DNA of 64,000 nucleotides from Clostridia bacterium (GTDB lineage: Bacteria > Bacillota > Clostridia > Oscillospirales > CAG-272), in NCBI GenBank assembly GCA_017462795.1, contig JAFTQL010000041.1, positions 8,489 to 72,488 of the forward strand. The letters run 5' to 3'. Shown one piece after another: positions 18,531 through 27,387 of the stretch; position 1 is the stretch's first letter; every line of letters begins with the position of its first letter. The notes under the pieces are model-generated. The model saw nothing but the letters and a program-made list of their open reading frames with translations. It was not told the DNA's origin and made no database searches. Both the position numbers and the translations under genes were made by a program.

Positions 18531-19321
18531 TGAAGGGAAATAAAGTTATTCTTGCGGCGCATCGCGGAGACCGCCTTTACCATCCGGAGAATACAGTGCC
18601 TGCGTTTGTTGCTTCGCTTGAGATCGGGGTTGACATGATCGAGACGGACATTCATATGACAAGTGACGGTGAATTGATAATCATGCACGATCGCAGTGCC
18701 ATGCGTACAGCAGGCGTGGATCGTAATGTTGATGAAATGACTGCAGAGGAAATAAAAAAACTGGATGTAGGTTATCTTTTTTCGGAACAGTTCAGAGGGA
18801 CCCGAGTGCCTACGGTAAAGGAATTTTTGGATTTGATCAAGGATACCGATTTGCTTGTCAATTGGGAGTTGAAGGATTACCCACATATAGTTGGAGCGGC
18901 TCATGCTTTTTCGGCGGCGGACCGTCTTATCGATCTGATAGAGCAGTATGAGATGCAGGATCGCTCGATGGTTAATTCATTCAGCTTAAAGGTTTTAGAG
19001 CATATCTACAAAAAGCGAGGACACCGTTTCCCGATCCACGGTCAAGGCATTTACAAGTGTCCGCGTACAAAGGATACATGCGAAACACCGCTTGAGGAAT
19101 TATTTGATTGGTGTTGTCTGTATCCCGAGGAGCAAGGATGCTCTCCTGTAGATTATGAAGAAAATTTTGATTATTGTGTCAAGAACGGAATTATTCCTTG
19201 CGTATGTATTCCCGATACATTGGAGGCATATCGTAAGGCAATAGATTACGGCTGTAAGATGTTTACCAGTAATAATATTTATGAAGCCGACCGTATTTTG
19301 AGAAAGCTTGGTGTGCGCTGA
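18527..19321 (+). CDS. glycerophosphodiester phosphodiesterase (GDPD family)
   Basis: AHRGD, ENT, IETDIHMTSDGELIIMHD motifs. Start ATG at 18527 overlaps the upstream stop. Confidence 0.8.
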   Translation: MMKGNKVILAAHRGDRLYHPENTVPAFVASLEIGVDMIETDIHMTSDGELIIMHDRSAMRTAGVDRNVDEMTAEEIKKLDVGYLFSEQFRGTRVPTVKEFLDLIKDTDLLVNWELKDYPHIVGAAHAFSAADRLIDLIEQYEMQDRSMVNSFSLKVLEHIYKKRGHRFPIHGQGIYKCPRTKDTCETPLEELFDWCCLYPEEQGCSPVDYEENFDYCVKNGIIPCVCIPDTLEAYRKAIDYGCKMFTSNNIYEADRILRKLGVR

Positions 19322-19430
19322 AGCTATTGATCAAGACAAATGGCAATGCGTAATATGAGTACATGCAGGATTTTAGTTTACGATATGTGTTGATATCATT
19401 GCCAAAGGAATAAGGTGTCCAAAGTAACGC

Positions 19431-19482
19431 AAAGCACTTATGACAAACGATTTTATTCGTTATCATAAGTGCTTTTTCTTTT
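19431..19482 (+). terminator. rho-independent terminator after the GDPD gene
   Basis: aaagcacttatga ... tcataagtgcttt (13-bp stem) followed by a T-rich run. Confidence 0.6.
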
Positions 19483-19568
19483 AAAATTTTCATGGGGATT
19501 ACCCTGATCATTATACAATAAAAAATCAAAGGCGACAGCATGCTATTTGCGATTTTGTGTTTAATATG

Positions 19569-20465
19569 CTATTTTACCTTGTCGAACAGTCCGTAGGTGC
19601 GGGTTATGGGTGTGCAATAGGCAAAGGTGTCCTTGTGAGCGGCGATTATCTTCTCGAAATCAGTGCGCTGACGGGGATTGACCACGCAGATAAGGACGGC
19701 GCGTCTTTGCCCCGAGTACATGCCGTGAGCATCAAGTCTTGTACAGCCGTGCTTCAGCTCCCGCATTATCTGCTCCGCTACCTCGTCGGGCTCGGATGTG
19801 ACGATCTCGAATTTCAGCGCGGAGCTTGCGCCCTTGAGAAGCGTGTCGCTGATAAATCCGCTCATAAGTGAGCAGATCACGCTGATGGCAACGGGAAAAT
19901 ATTCTCTGCCGTAAACAAAGTACGACATGACCGCAACGCCCGCGTTTATTGTGAACAGCACCCACACCGTGTTGAAGGCGGGGCGCTTGTGGTTTATCAG
20001 CGCCGCCAGAATGTCCGTACCGCCCGTAGAGCCTCCCATGAGTACGGTAAAGGTGTACGCGAGACCGTTGAACACACCTATGCCGATAGCAAGCACAAAG
20101 TAGCTTTCCGAGGTCTCGGCATGATATTCCCATCGGTAAAGATCAAATGCCGCCATGATGTTCTGAAATACCACGCAGAGTCCCGAGAAAAAGAGAACAT
20201 AAAGAAAATTTTTCAGAGAATAGCGGCGGTCAAGCACGAAAAAGGCGATGACGATCATGGGGATATTCACTATAAGAAAGGTATAGCCCGCGCTGACACC
20301 GAGAATGTGCTGTATCATGGTGGTAAATCCGTGTATTCCCGCGGGAGCGAAATCATTGGGATAAACGAATATCACCGACACAAACGCGTCTGCCGCGGCT
20401 ATGAGACTTATAAAAATATAAGTCATCCATGAAAATCGATTCAGTAATTTAAATATGATACTCAT
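19569..20465 (-). CDS. YitT-family membrane protein (C-terminal DUF2179-like domain)
   Basis: Multiple TM helices with GGTD in the loop, and a soluble C-terminal domain. Start ambiguous (20465 or 20525). Confidence 0.65.
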   Translation of the reverse strand: MSIIFKLLNRFSWMTYIFISLIAAADAFVSVIFVYPNDFAPAGIHGFTTMIQHILGVSAGYTFLIVNIPMIVIAFFVLDRRYSLKNFLYVLFFSGLCVVFQNIMAAFDLYRWEYHAETSESYFVLAIGIGVFNGLAYTFTVLMGGSTGGTDILAALINHKRPAFNTVWVLFTINAGVAVMSYFVYGREYFPVAISVICSLMSGFISDTLLKGASSALKFEIVTSEPDEVAEQIMRELKHGCTRLDAHGMYSGQRRAVLICVVNPRQRTDFEKIIAAHKDTFAYCTPITRTYGLFDKVK

Positions 20466-20643
20466 ACTGTTATTATTTCCCGTAAATTGCTTTTGATTAT
20501 AGGGAAAAACAGGGATTATAAACAAAAAAGGTTAAAAAATAAACATAAAAGCGTTAAATAGGTTTAAATATAAATAGCGGTAAAAGCCGGTTTGTTATAT
20601 AATGTATACAGAACAACGGAAATACAACGGAGAATTATAACTT

Positions 20644-21924
20644 ATGGACAAAAAAACGGTAAAATTCACTCCTCTCGTCATTGATGAGGATTTTGATGTA
20701 GTTGTTGTCGGAGGAGGTCTGGCGGGAGTCATGGCGTCGATATCCGCGGCGAGAGACGGAAGTAAGGTCATACTTATCGAGAAGCACGGATGTCTTGGCG
20801 GAATGGCGACGGCGGGACTTGTCTATCCCTTTATGAGAGATAGGGAATACGTCTCGGAAAATCCCGTTAACGCGGGACTCTATCTTGCAATGCAGGAGGA
20901 GATATACGCTATCGGCGGAAGTGAAGCGCCTCACTCCAGACATTATAAGGAAGAATTTATGAAGATAGCGCTTGACCGCATGGTGAGACGATACGGCATC
21001 AAGGTGCTGTTCCACGCAAAGCTTACAGACGTGGATATCACCGACGGCAAGGTCATGTCGGTCAAGGTGGCGACAGTATCGGGAAATATCAGCGTAAAGG
21101 GAAAGGTGTTCATTGACGCCACGGGAAATGCCGACCTTTGCGCGTTCGCGGGTCTGCCTTATCAGCTTGGGCGGGAGCAGGACTCCCTTTGCCAGCCCAT
21201 GACGCTCTGTTTTCGTCTTGGAAACGTGGACTGGAGCAGATATAACCGAGCCGAGGCAAACAAGCTGTACGCGCTGTGGAAGGAGCAGGGCAAGATACAG
21301 AATCCCAGAGAGGACATCCTTGTTTTCAAATATCCTGTCGGTAACATAATGCACATGAACACCACGCGTGTCGTTGGACTTGATCCCACCAATGTCGAGG
21401 ATGTTACATCGGCTGAGATAATGCTCCGCGAGCAGATGCTTGAGATGTACAATTTTATGCGGGAGAACATATCGGGACTTGAAAACTGCGAGCTGCTCAG
21501 CTCCGCGGCAGAGGCGGGGATCAGAGAGAGCCGCAGGATAGTGGGACTCACTCAGATAACGGCTGACGATATTCTCAATGTTACAAAGTTCCAGGACAGT
21601 ATTGCCAGAGGCGCTTATGAGATCGATATCCATTCGCCCGACGGCGCGGGAACCTTCCACGCGAGAATACCCGACAACGAGTATTACACCATTCCTTACA
21701 GATCCATGATCCCTGAGCATTCCGAAAATATAATAGCGGCGGGACGCTCTATCAGCACCACACACGAGGCGCTTGCGTCTGTGAGAATAATGCCCATCAC
21801 ATCGTGTATGGGAGAAGCTGCGGGAATTGCGGCATCCATGGCGGTAAAGACGGGCAAGGCTTGCCGCGATATAGACACAGACGCGCTCCGCGGCGAGATC
21901 ACAGCCTATGGCGGATTGGTGTGA
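20644..21924 (+). CDS. FAD-dependent oxidoreductase (locus B copy)
   Basis: DVVVVGGGLAGVMASISAARDG. C-terminal GRSISTTHEALASVRIMPITSCMGEAAG matches the locus A copy. Confidence 0.8.
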   Translation: MDKKTVKFTPLVIDEDFDVVVVGGGLAGVMASISAARDGSKVILIEKHGCLGGMATAGLVYPFMRDREYVSENPVNAGLYLAMQEEIYAIGGSEAPHSRHYKEEFMKIALDRMVRRYGIKVLFHAKLTDVDITDGKVMSVKVATVSGNISVKGKVFIDATGNADLCAFAGLPYQLGREQDSLCQPMTLCFRLGNVDWSRYNRAEANKLYALWKEQGKIQNPREDILVFKYPVGNIMHMNTTRVVGLDPTNVEDVTSAEIMLREQMLEMYNFMRENISGLENCELLSSAAEAGIRESRRIVGLTQITADDILNVTKFQDSIARGAYEIDIHSPDGAGTFHARIPDNEYYTIPYRSMIPEHSENIIAAGRSISTTHEALASVRIMPITSCMGEAAGIAASMAVKTGKACRDIDTDALRGEITAYGGLV

Positions 21925-21982
21925 CGTAATTAATATTGTAGGTATATAAAGAATATATATCAAAAAATTCAGGAGGTTTTTT

Positions 21983-23626
21983 ATGAAAAAAGCACTATCT
22001 TATCTTTTGGCGACTATCATGATCATCTCGGCCTTCGCAGTCATGCCTGCCACTGCGGCGGGTACAGCTCCCACAGCACCTGATAAAGAGGTGGTTGTCG
22101 GATATGACACGGGCAAGGTCCTTGAAGTAAGCGGACTTAAAGAGAAGGTGACCGCAACCACCCCCGGTACAACACCCATTCCTACTGTAATGGACTATTC
22201 CTTTACTTGCACGGAAGGCGGGAAATATACTATCAGCTCTCCCGAACAGCTTGGTATGTTCAGCAGAATGAGCAGAGTAACATCGAGTGATGGCAAGCAG
22301 AAGTGGACTTTTGAGGGCTGTACAGTTTATATCACTTGTGATATAGATATGTCCAAGCTTGAGGATAAAGGCGACGGAACATATTCTTATAACTTTTCGG
22401 GAATAGGAGAAGGCAACGGCTCGTCAGCAAAGCAGCTGTTCTTTGCGGGAACATTTGACGGTCAGGGCTATGTCATTGATAACTGGGAGATAGCCAACAG
22501 TTATCAGGGCTGCGGTTTCTTTAACTGTGTTGTGGATGCTACAATTAAGAATGTAGTTCTCGGCTCGGGTAATAAGGTTACCGCAAGCAATAATCAGATC
22601 GGTGGTCTTGTTGGATATGCACGTAAATCGAATACGGCATATGGTGTATCTATTGAGAATTGTCTTGTAATGTCAACTGTCGTAACAAACGGTAACAAAA
22701 ACCAGATGGGCGGTATCATAGGCGCTATGGCAGGGCCTGTAGATATCACCAACGTAACATTCGGCGGAAGCATAACGGGTGATAACCGTGTCGGCGGTAT
22801 AGTCGGAGCGGCAGGTCAGGTCACTACACTTACAAATTGCCTGATGAGCGGTACTGTTGTGGCAAATAATGCTTCTTCCACGTCATCGGATAAATTAACC
22901 ATAGGCGCGGGCGCTATTATAGGCTATCTGAATAATTCGGCGACCGTAAATAACTGTGTAAATGCGGGTACTGTAACATCCGCTAACGTGTCGGGTGTTA
23001 TTGCGGGAAGCATAAATGAATCGTCTGCCGCCAAGCTCACGGTAAACAGCGCCGTAAACTACAGCACATCGGTGACAGCCGCTTACGGTAAGCTCGGCGC
23101 AAACGCAACAGCCAATATAAGCGGATATACCGATCTTTCCACGGCTGACATCGGAAACGCCATCCGTGTAAATCCCGATCTTCCCATGGGACTTCGTTAT
23201 ACATCTGTTATTACCAAGGCGCAGATAGATGCGGCTAAGGCGCTTTCCAAGGACGGCACTGTCTCCTTCGGTACTATCATAGCTCCCAAGGATTACTTTG
23301 GCACAAACGAGGCATATACCGCCACAAACGCGGGTACATATCTGGATATTCCGGCGACCTCTATAGGCATGACCGAGAACGCTGACGGCAGTGTTACGCT
23401 CAAGGCGGCAATAACCGAGATCAAGGACGGCAATCTCAAGAGAGACTTCGTATTTGTTCCTTATATCTCTTATGAGGATGCCGACGGCAATACGGTATAC
23501 AGCTACGTATACACAACGGGCATCAAGAGCGCGAGAGCCGTTGCGGATCTGGCGCTTGCCGATACATCCGCAAGCTATTCCGACACCACGATCGCCCTTA
23601 TCAAGGAAAGATACGTTAAAGACTGA
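21983..23626 (+). CDS. secreted GLUG-motif beta-helix repeat protein (locus B copy 1)
   Basis: Signal peptide (..ATA-AG). FAGTFDGQGYVIDNW. IGGLVGY, MGGIIGA and VGGIVGA repeats. AGGAGG RBS. Confidence 0.7.
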   Translation: MKKALSYLLATIMIISAFAVMPATAAGTAPTAPDKEVVVGYDTGKVLEVSGLKEKVTATTPGTTPIPTVMDYSFTCTEGGKYTISSPEQLGMFSRMSRVTSSDGKQKWTFEGCTVYITCDIDMSKLEDKGDGTYSYNFSGIGEGNGSSAKQLFFAGTFDGQGYVIDNWEIANSYQGCGFFNCVVDATIKNVVLGSGNKVTASNNQIGGLVGYARKSNTAYGVSIENCLVMSTVVTNGNKNQMGGIIGAMAGPVDITNVTFGGSITGDNRVGGIVGAAGQVTTLTNCLMSGTVVANNASSTSSDKLTIGAGAIIGYLNNSATVNNCVNAGTVTSANVSGVIAGSINESSAAKLTVNSAVNYSTSVTAAYGKLGANATANISGYTDLSTADIGNAIRVNPDLPMGLRYTSVITKAQIDAAKALSKDGTVSFGTIIAPKDYFGTNEAYTATNAGTYLDIPATSIGMTENADGSVTLKAAITEIKDGNLKRDFVFVPYISYEDADGNTVYSYVYTTGIKSARAVADLALADTSASYSDTTIALIKERYVKD

Positions 23627-23642
23627 AAAGGAGGCAGAAAAA

Positions 23643-23771
23643 ATGAAGAAATTATATTCAACACCCGAATTTAAGGTTATATGTCTCAACACCGAGGACA
23701 TCATGTCGGCAAGCAGTACGCTTGAAGAGGATGATATCGGAGCGGATATCTTTGACGCTCTTTCTATCTGA
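23643..23771 (+). CDS. 42-aa acidic micro-protein (unannotated as such, locus B copy)
   Basis: AAGGAGG 8 nt upstream of the ATG at 23643. Translation: MKKLYSTPEFKVICLNTEDIMSASSTLEEDDIGADIFDALSI. It is the 3' part of track ORF 23454-23771, which otherwise overlaps the GLUG gene. Confidence 0.55.
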   Translation: MKKLYSTPEFKVICLNTEDIMSASSTLEEDDIGADIFDALSI

Positions 23772-23788
23772 TCCCCAAAGGTGAATAT

Positions 23789-25849
23789 ATGAAAACAGCG
23801 AAAAGCAGAATACTTAAATGCTTGTCCATTTTGCTGTGTGTTCTCATGATCGCTTCTCTCATCACCGCCTGCGGGGGTGATGAGAGTGGGGAGAACACCG
23901 GGAGCGGTGACAGCGGAACGGTAAGCGGTGAGCGTACAGTCGCCGTCATTATCCCCGCAAGCGCGTCGGACATAATAAATTCCGTGGCGGGCAAGGTAAA
24001 GACGCTTTGTGAGGACGCGGGATACACGGTGACTATGTATAATGAGTCCCAAACGGTAGCTAACGAGAGCTATCGCGTATATGTGGGTAACGTAAATACG
24101 GAGACATCGATCGCTCATCTTTCTGAGCTTGGCTCTTGCGGTTATGGGGTAAAGGCTGACAGAACGGGGGTATATCTGTCAGCCACCGCCGAGACACTTC
24201 TTGACCTCGCTTACGATATGCTTGAAAAGCAGGGGCTGCCCGCCGATTCTCTTACGGAGACGGTTAAGAGCGAAAACGCGGTATTCAGCGAATTTACTTA
24301 CATTATAAAGGATGCGGCAATGAGCATGACTGTCAGCGGAGATACATCTGTCAGCGGCATCTCGGGCGCGCTCAAGGAGCTTACCATGGGGCTGGCGGCA
24401 ACGCTGAAAAAGACTGTCACGTCGGAGAACGGTAACAACGGCGATCTCGTGCTCATGTCCACAAGCGCGGCAGTGGTAAAGGGAATAACCGACGACGCGA
24501 GATATAATGCCTACGGTATGTCCGTAAAGGACGGAAAAATATATATCTACGCAAACGATCAGGCGGGCTACAGCGCGGCAGTGACACGTTTCCTTGCCAT
24601 TGTCAAGGACATATCGGATTACAAGGACAGTCGCGCGTTGTTCTATCCTACGGAGCTAAGACTGTTGGAGGAAATAAACTCTGCAATACCTGCTTTACCG
24701 TTATATCCCGGTTCCACGGTGTATGATGAGGCTGTTGCGGAATCCTATACTATAAGCGCCGAGTCATCGGGCAAGCAGGCGTTTTACGATTACTGTACGG
24801 CTCTTGAGAATGACGGCTACAGGCTTGCCGAAGACCGAGCAAGAGACTGTACATACGAAAACAGTCCCTACACCTTTAAGAATATATATCGTACCTACAT
24901 AAACAGCCGATATATGGTGCATATGTACTTTATCGACTACACCAAGACGGTGAAGATAATAGGCGCTCCCATTTCGGAGTATGAGGCCGCGCAGCAATTG
25001 GTTGCAACCGAGGGGGACGGTGATACTGTATTCTCCATGCTGAAGATCAGCGGCGGACTCTGCATGGCTATAAAGCTTTCGGACGGCAGATTTATTGTCA
25101 TCGACAGCGGTAACTGGAGTCTGTCCGATACAAGGGCGGCTGATATAGTCAAGCTCCACGACTTCCTCGCGGAGAATTCTCCTGACGGCAAGATACACAT
25201 AGCCGCATGGATATTCACTCATGTTCATGTGGATCACGTAAATGCCGCATGGAAGTTTGAGGACATGTACGGTGATGAGGTTATCATAGAGCGTTATATG
25301 CACAACTTTGTTGACTATGACTTTCTGCTATCCGTTCCCGATACAGACCTTAGCAAGGCGACATATGATATAGTCTATCCCCGAACGCTTGAGATGCTTT
25401 CGAGATACGATAATGTTATTATGCACACAGGACAGGTCTACAATATCGGAAATATCACCATCGACGTTTTGTATACACATGAGGACTTCTATCCTCAGCC
25501 GTTGAAGATAGTAAATAACTCCTCAACCGTAATGCAGATAACGGTCGAGGGCAATACCTTCCTTATCGCGGGCGACCTTGAGGAGGACGGACAGCAGGTG
25601 GCGGTAAGCATGAATGGATACGCGTTAGCGTCCGATTTCGTTCAGATGACACACCACAGCTATAACGGACTTCTTGAATATTACAAATACGCGTCAAGCA
25701 AGGAGTATACTGTGGTACTGCTTCCCAACGATAATATGAAGCAGCCTACGTCTACCGTCGCCTGCAATCAGTGGCTGTTGAGCAAGGCAAATGAGTTTTA
25801 CAGCACATATACGGGGCATCATCATTTCACCATGCCACACGTAAAGTGA
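23789..25849 (+). CDS. lipoprotein with C-terminal metallo-beta-lactamase-fold domain (locus B copy)
   Basis: Lipobox ITAC. WIFTHVHVDHVNA (HxHxDH). Later QMTHHSYNG. Confidence 0.75.
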   Translation: MKTAKSRILKCLSILLCVLMIASLITACGGDESGENTGSGDSGTVSGERTVAVIIPASASDIINSVAGKVKTLCEDAGYTVTMYNESQTVANESYRVYVGNVNTETSIAHLSELGSCGYGVKADRTGVYLSATAETLLDLAYDMLEKQGLPADSLTETVKSENAVFSEFTYIIKDAAMSMTVSGDTSVSGISGALKELTMGLAATLKKTVTSENGNNGDLVLMSTSAAVVKGITDDARYNAYGMSVKDGKIYIYANDQAGYSAAVTRFLAIVKDISDYKDSRALFYPTELRLLEEINSAIPALPLYPGSTVYDEAVAESYTISAESSGKQAFYDYCTALENDGYRLAEDRARDCTYENSPYTFKNIYRTYINSRYMVHMYFIDYTKTVKIIGAPISEYEAAQQLVATEGDGDTVFSMLKISGGLCMAIKLSDGRFIVIDSGNWSLSDTRAADIVKLHDFLAENSPDGKIHIAAWIFTHVHVDHVNAAWKFEDMYGDEVIIERYMHNFVDYDFLLSVPDTDLSKATYDIVYPRTLEMLSRYDNVIMHTGQVYNIGNITIDVLYTHEDFYPQPLKIVNNSSTVMQITVEGNTFLIAGDLEEDGQQVAVSMNGYALASDFVQMTHHSYNGLLEYYKYASSKEYTVVLLPNDNMKQPTSTVACNQWLLSKANEFYSTYTGHHHFTMPHVK

Positions 25850-25901
25850 ATCTCGCCGCAAGAGGCGTTGATCAAATAAAACACACAGAAAGGATTTTAT
25901 C

Positions 25902-27338
25902 ATGAAAAAGTTTATTTCCCTTATTACTGTACTTACACTGTTGGCAGCAGCCATTGCGCTTACGCTCTCCGCGTTCGCGGGACCCGAGAACATTGTGGGA
26001 TACAGCGCTCAGCGTGTTGAGAAGAAGGATCTGACAAATGTGACCGACATCATGGATTACGCCACCAAGTCCAATGAGACCGAATACAAGATATCGGATA
26101 TTGACGGTTGGCACGAGCTTGAGTATTGGGTAAACGACCAGAACAAGACCTTCAAGGGCGTTACCGTATATCTTGCTGACAATATCTATCCCGAGACTAA
26201 CGAGATAATTTACGGTCTTGGTAAGACGACCTCAAAACCCACCACTCACTATTATTTCGCGGGTACGTTTGACGGACAGGGCTATACTATTGAAAATGTT
26301 ACCGTTCAGATGAGAACTACCTCAAACGGCGGTGGTATCATCGGATTTGTAAAGGGTGCTACCGTAAAGAACCTTATCGTTGGCGAGAATGTTAAAATGA
26401 ACTTCAAGAATTCGCAGTCCGCGGCAATAGTCGGCCGTGTAGACGACGCCGATCCCGTGGTCATCGACAACTGCTGGAACAAAGCAAGCGTTACTTTTGA
26501 TTCTACCATGAACGGAGGTATCGTCGGTTGTACCACAAACGCTGACGGTAATGTCACTGTTTCCAACTGTACAAACTCCGGTAAGATAACCTCTCAGGAA
26601 AGAGTGGGCGGTATCGTTGGACGTTCCGCTTCCAACATAACCATCAAGAACTGTCTCAACACGGGCGAGGTTATCGCCACCGATGTCAAGACGGTAGAGC
26701 AGTGGAAGGAAAGTAACAATCAGACTACATCCGCAGGTGAAACAGTGGCGCGAAAGATGGGTGTTGCCGGTATCCTTGCGGAGACCACAAAGAGTGCGGC
26801 GGAGACTGTAGTTGAGGGTTGTATCAACACAGGTAAGATCACAGGTAGCAAGGTGATTGCGGGAATCGTAGGCTTCAACCCTGTTGGCGGCGGCGCAACG
26901 GTTAAGAATTGCGCGAACTACGGTGTTCTCAATCTTCTCCAGACAAGCGGATACAAGGGACAGATCATCGGACATTCCAATGAACCGGCCAATATTCAGT
27001 CCGACAACTCCATGCTTGAGGGTCAGACATGGACACCCGCAGAGACCGATCCTCCCGCCGATCCCATTCAGCCCAACAGACCCGAGGCGGATACTGATCC
27101 CATAACTCCCGATACCGATCCTGTCGTTCCGGACACTGATCCTGTTCCCGAGGATACCAAGGGATCGGATAACAGCAACGGTACATCTGCGTCCGACAAC
27201 GCGGGCAGTGAAGAGGAGACAACAGGCTCTGATGACGGAGGATGTGGCTCCGCTCTCGCAGGCTCCGCTCTTGCGATAGTAGGTGTCATTTCCCTCGCGA
27301 CAGTTCTTCTGAAGAGAAGAAAAGACGAAATTAACTGA
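25902..27338 (+). CDS. GLUG-motif beta-helix protein with Pro/Asp-rich stalk and C-terminal membrane-anchor/sorting-like tail (locus B copy 2)
   Basis: Signal peptide. FAGTFDGQGYTIENV. GGIIGF, GGIVGC, GGIVGR and AGIVGF repeats. Tail is GGCGSALAGSALAIVGVISLATVLLKRRKDEIN. Confidence 0.7.
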   Translation: MKKFISLITVLTLLAAAIALTLSAFAGPENIVGYSAQRVEKKDLTNVTDIMDYATKSNETEYKISDIDGWHELEYWVNDQNKTFKGVTVYLADNIYPETNEIIYGLGKTTSKPTTHYYFAGTFDGQGYTIENVTVQMRTTSNGGGIIGFVKGATVKNLIVGENVKMNFKNSQSAAIVGRVDDADPVVIDNCWNKASVTFDSTMNGGIVGCTTNADGNVTVSNCTNSGKITSQERVGGIVGRSASNITIKNCLNTGEVIATDVKTVEQWKESNNQTTSAGETVARKMGVAGILAETTKSAAETVVEGCINTGKITGSKVIAGIVGFNPVGGGATVKNCANYGVLNLLQTSGYKGQIIGHSNEPANIQSDNSMLEGQTWTPAETDPPADPIQPNRPEADTDPITPDTDPVVPDTDPVPEDTKGSDNSNGTSASDNAGSEEETTGSDDGGCGSALAGSALAIVGVISLATVLLKRRKDEIN

Positions 27339-27349
27339 ATCAAAACCAA

Positions 27350-27384
27350 AATATCCTTACGGAGCGAAGCTCCGTAAGGATATT
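27350..27384. terminator. bidirectional terminator hairpin between convergent genes
   Basis: Perfect 16-bp stem aatatccttacggagc / gctccgtaaggatatt with a 3-nt loop. Confidence 0.65.
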
Positions 27385-27387
27385 GGA

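Noticed and set aside
20635-21963. 442-aa ORF antisense to the locus B FAD oxidoreductase gene.
   Set aside because: It is a shadow ORF. The product is Arg/Ser/His-rich with no motif, while the sense strand has a clear FAD fingerprint, an RBS and a paralogue. The same reasoning applies to the antisense ORFs at 2493-3590, 22895-24118, 59057-60142, 35584-36273 and 57701-58294.
23643-23771. Idea that the micro-peptides are AgrD-like autoinducer precursors or RiPP precursors.
   Set aside because: No AgrB, radical SAM, lanthipeptide, YcaO or peptidase-exporter gene is present in the window. The N-termini are not AgrD-like amphipathic or hydrophobic helices, and the locus A peptide has no Cys. They are kept as peptides of unknown function rather than assigned to a class.
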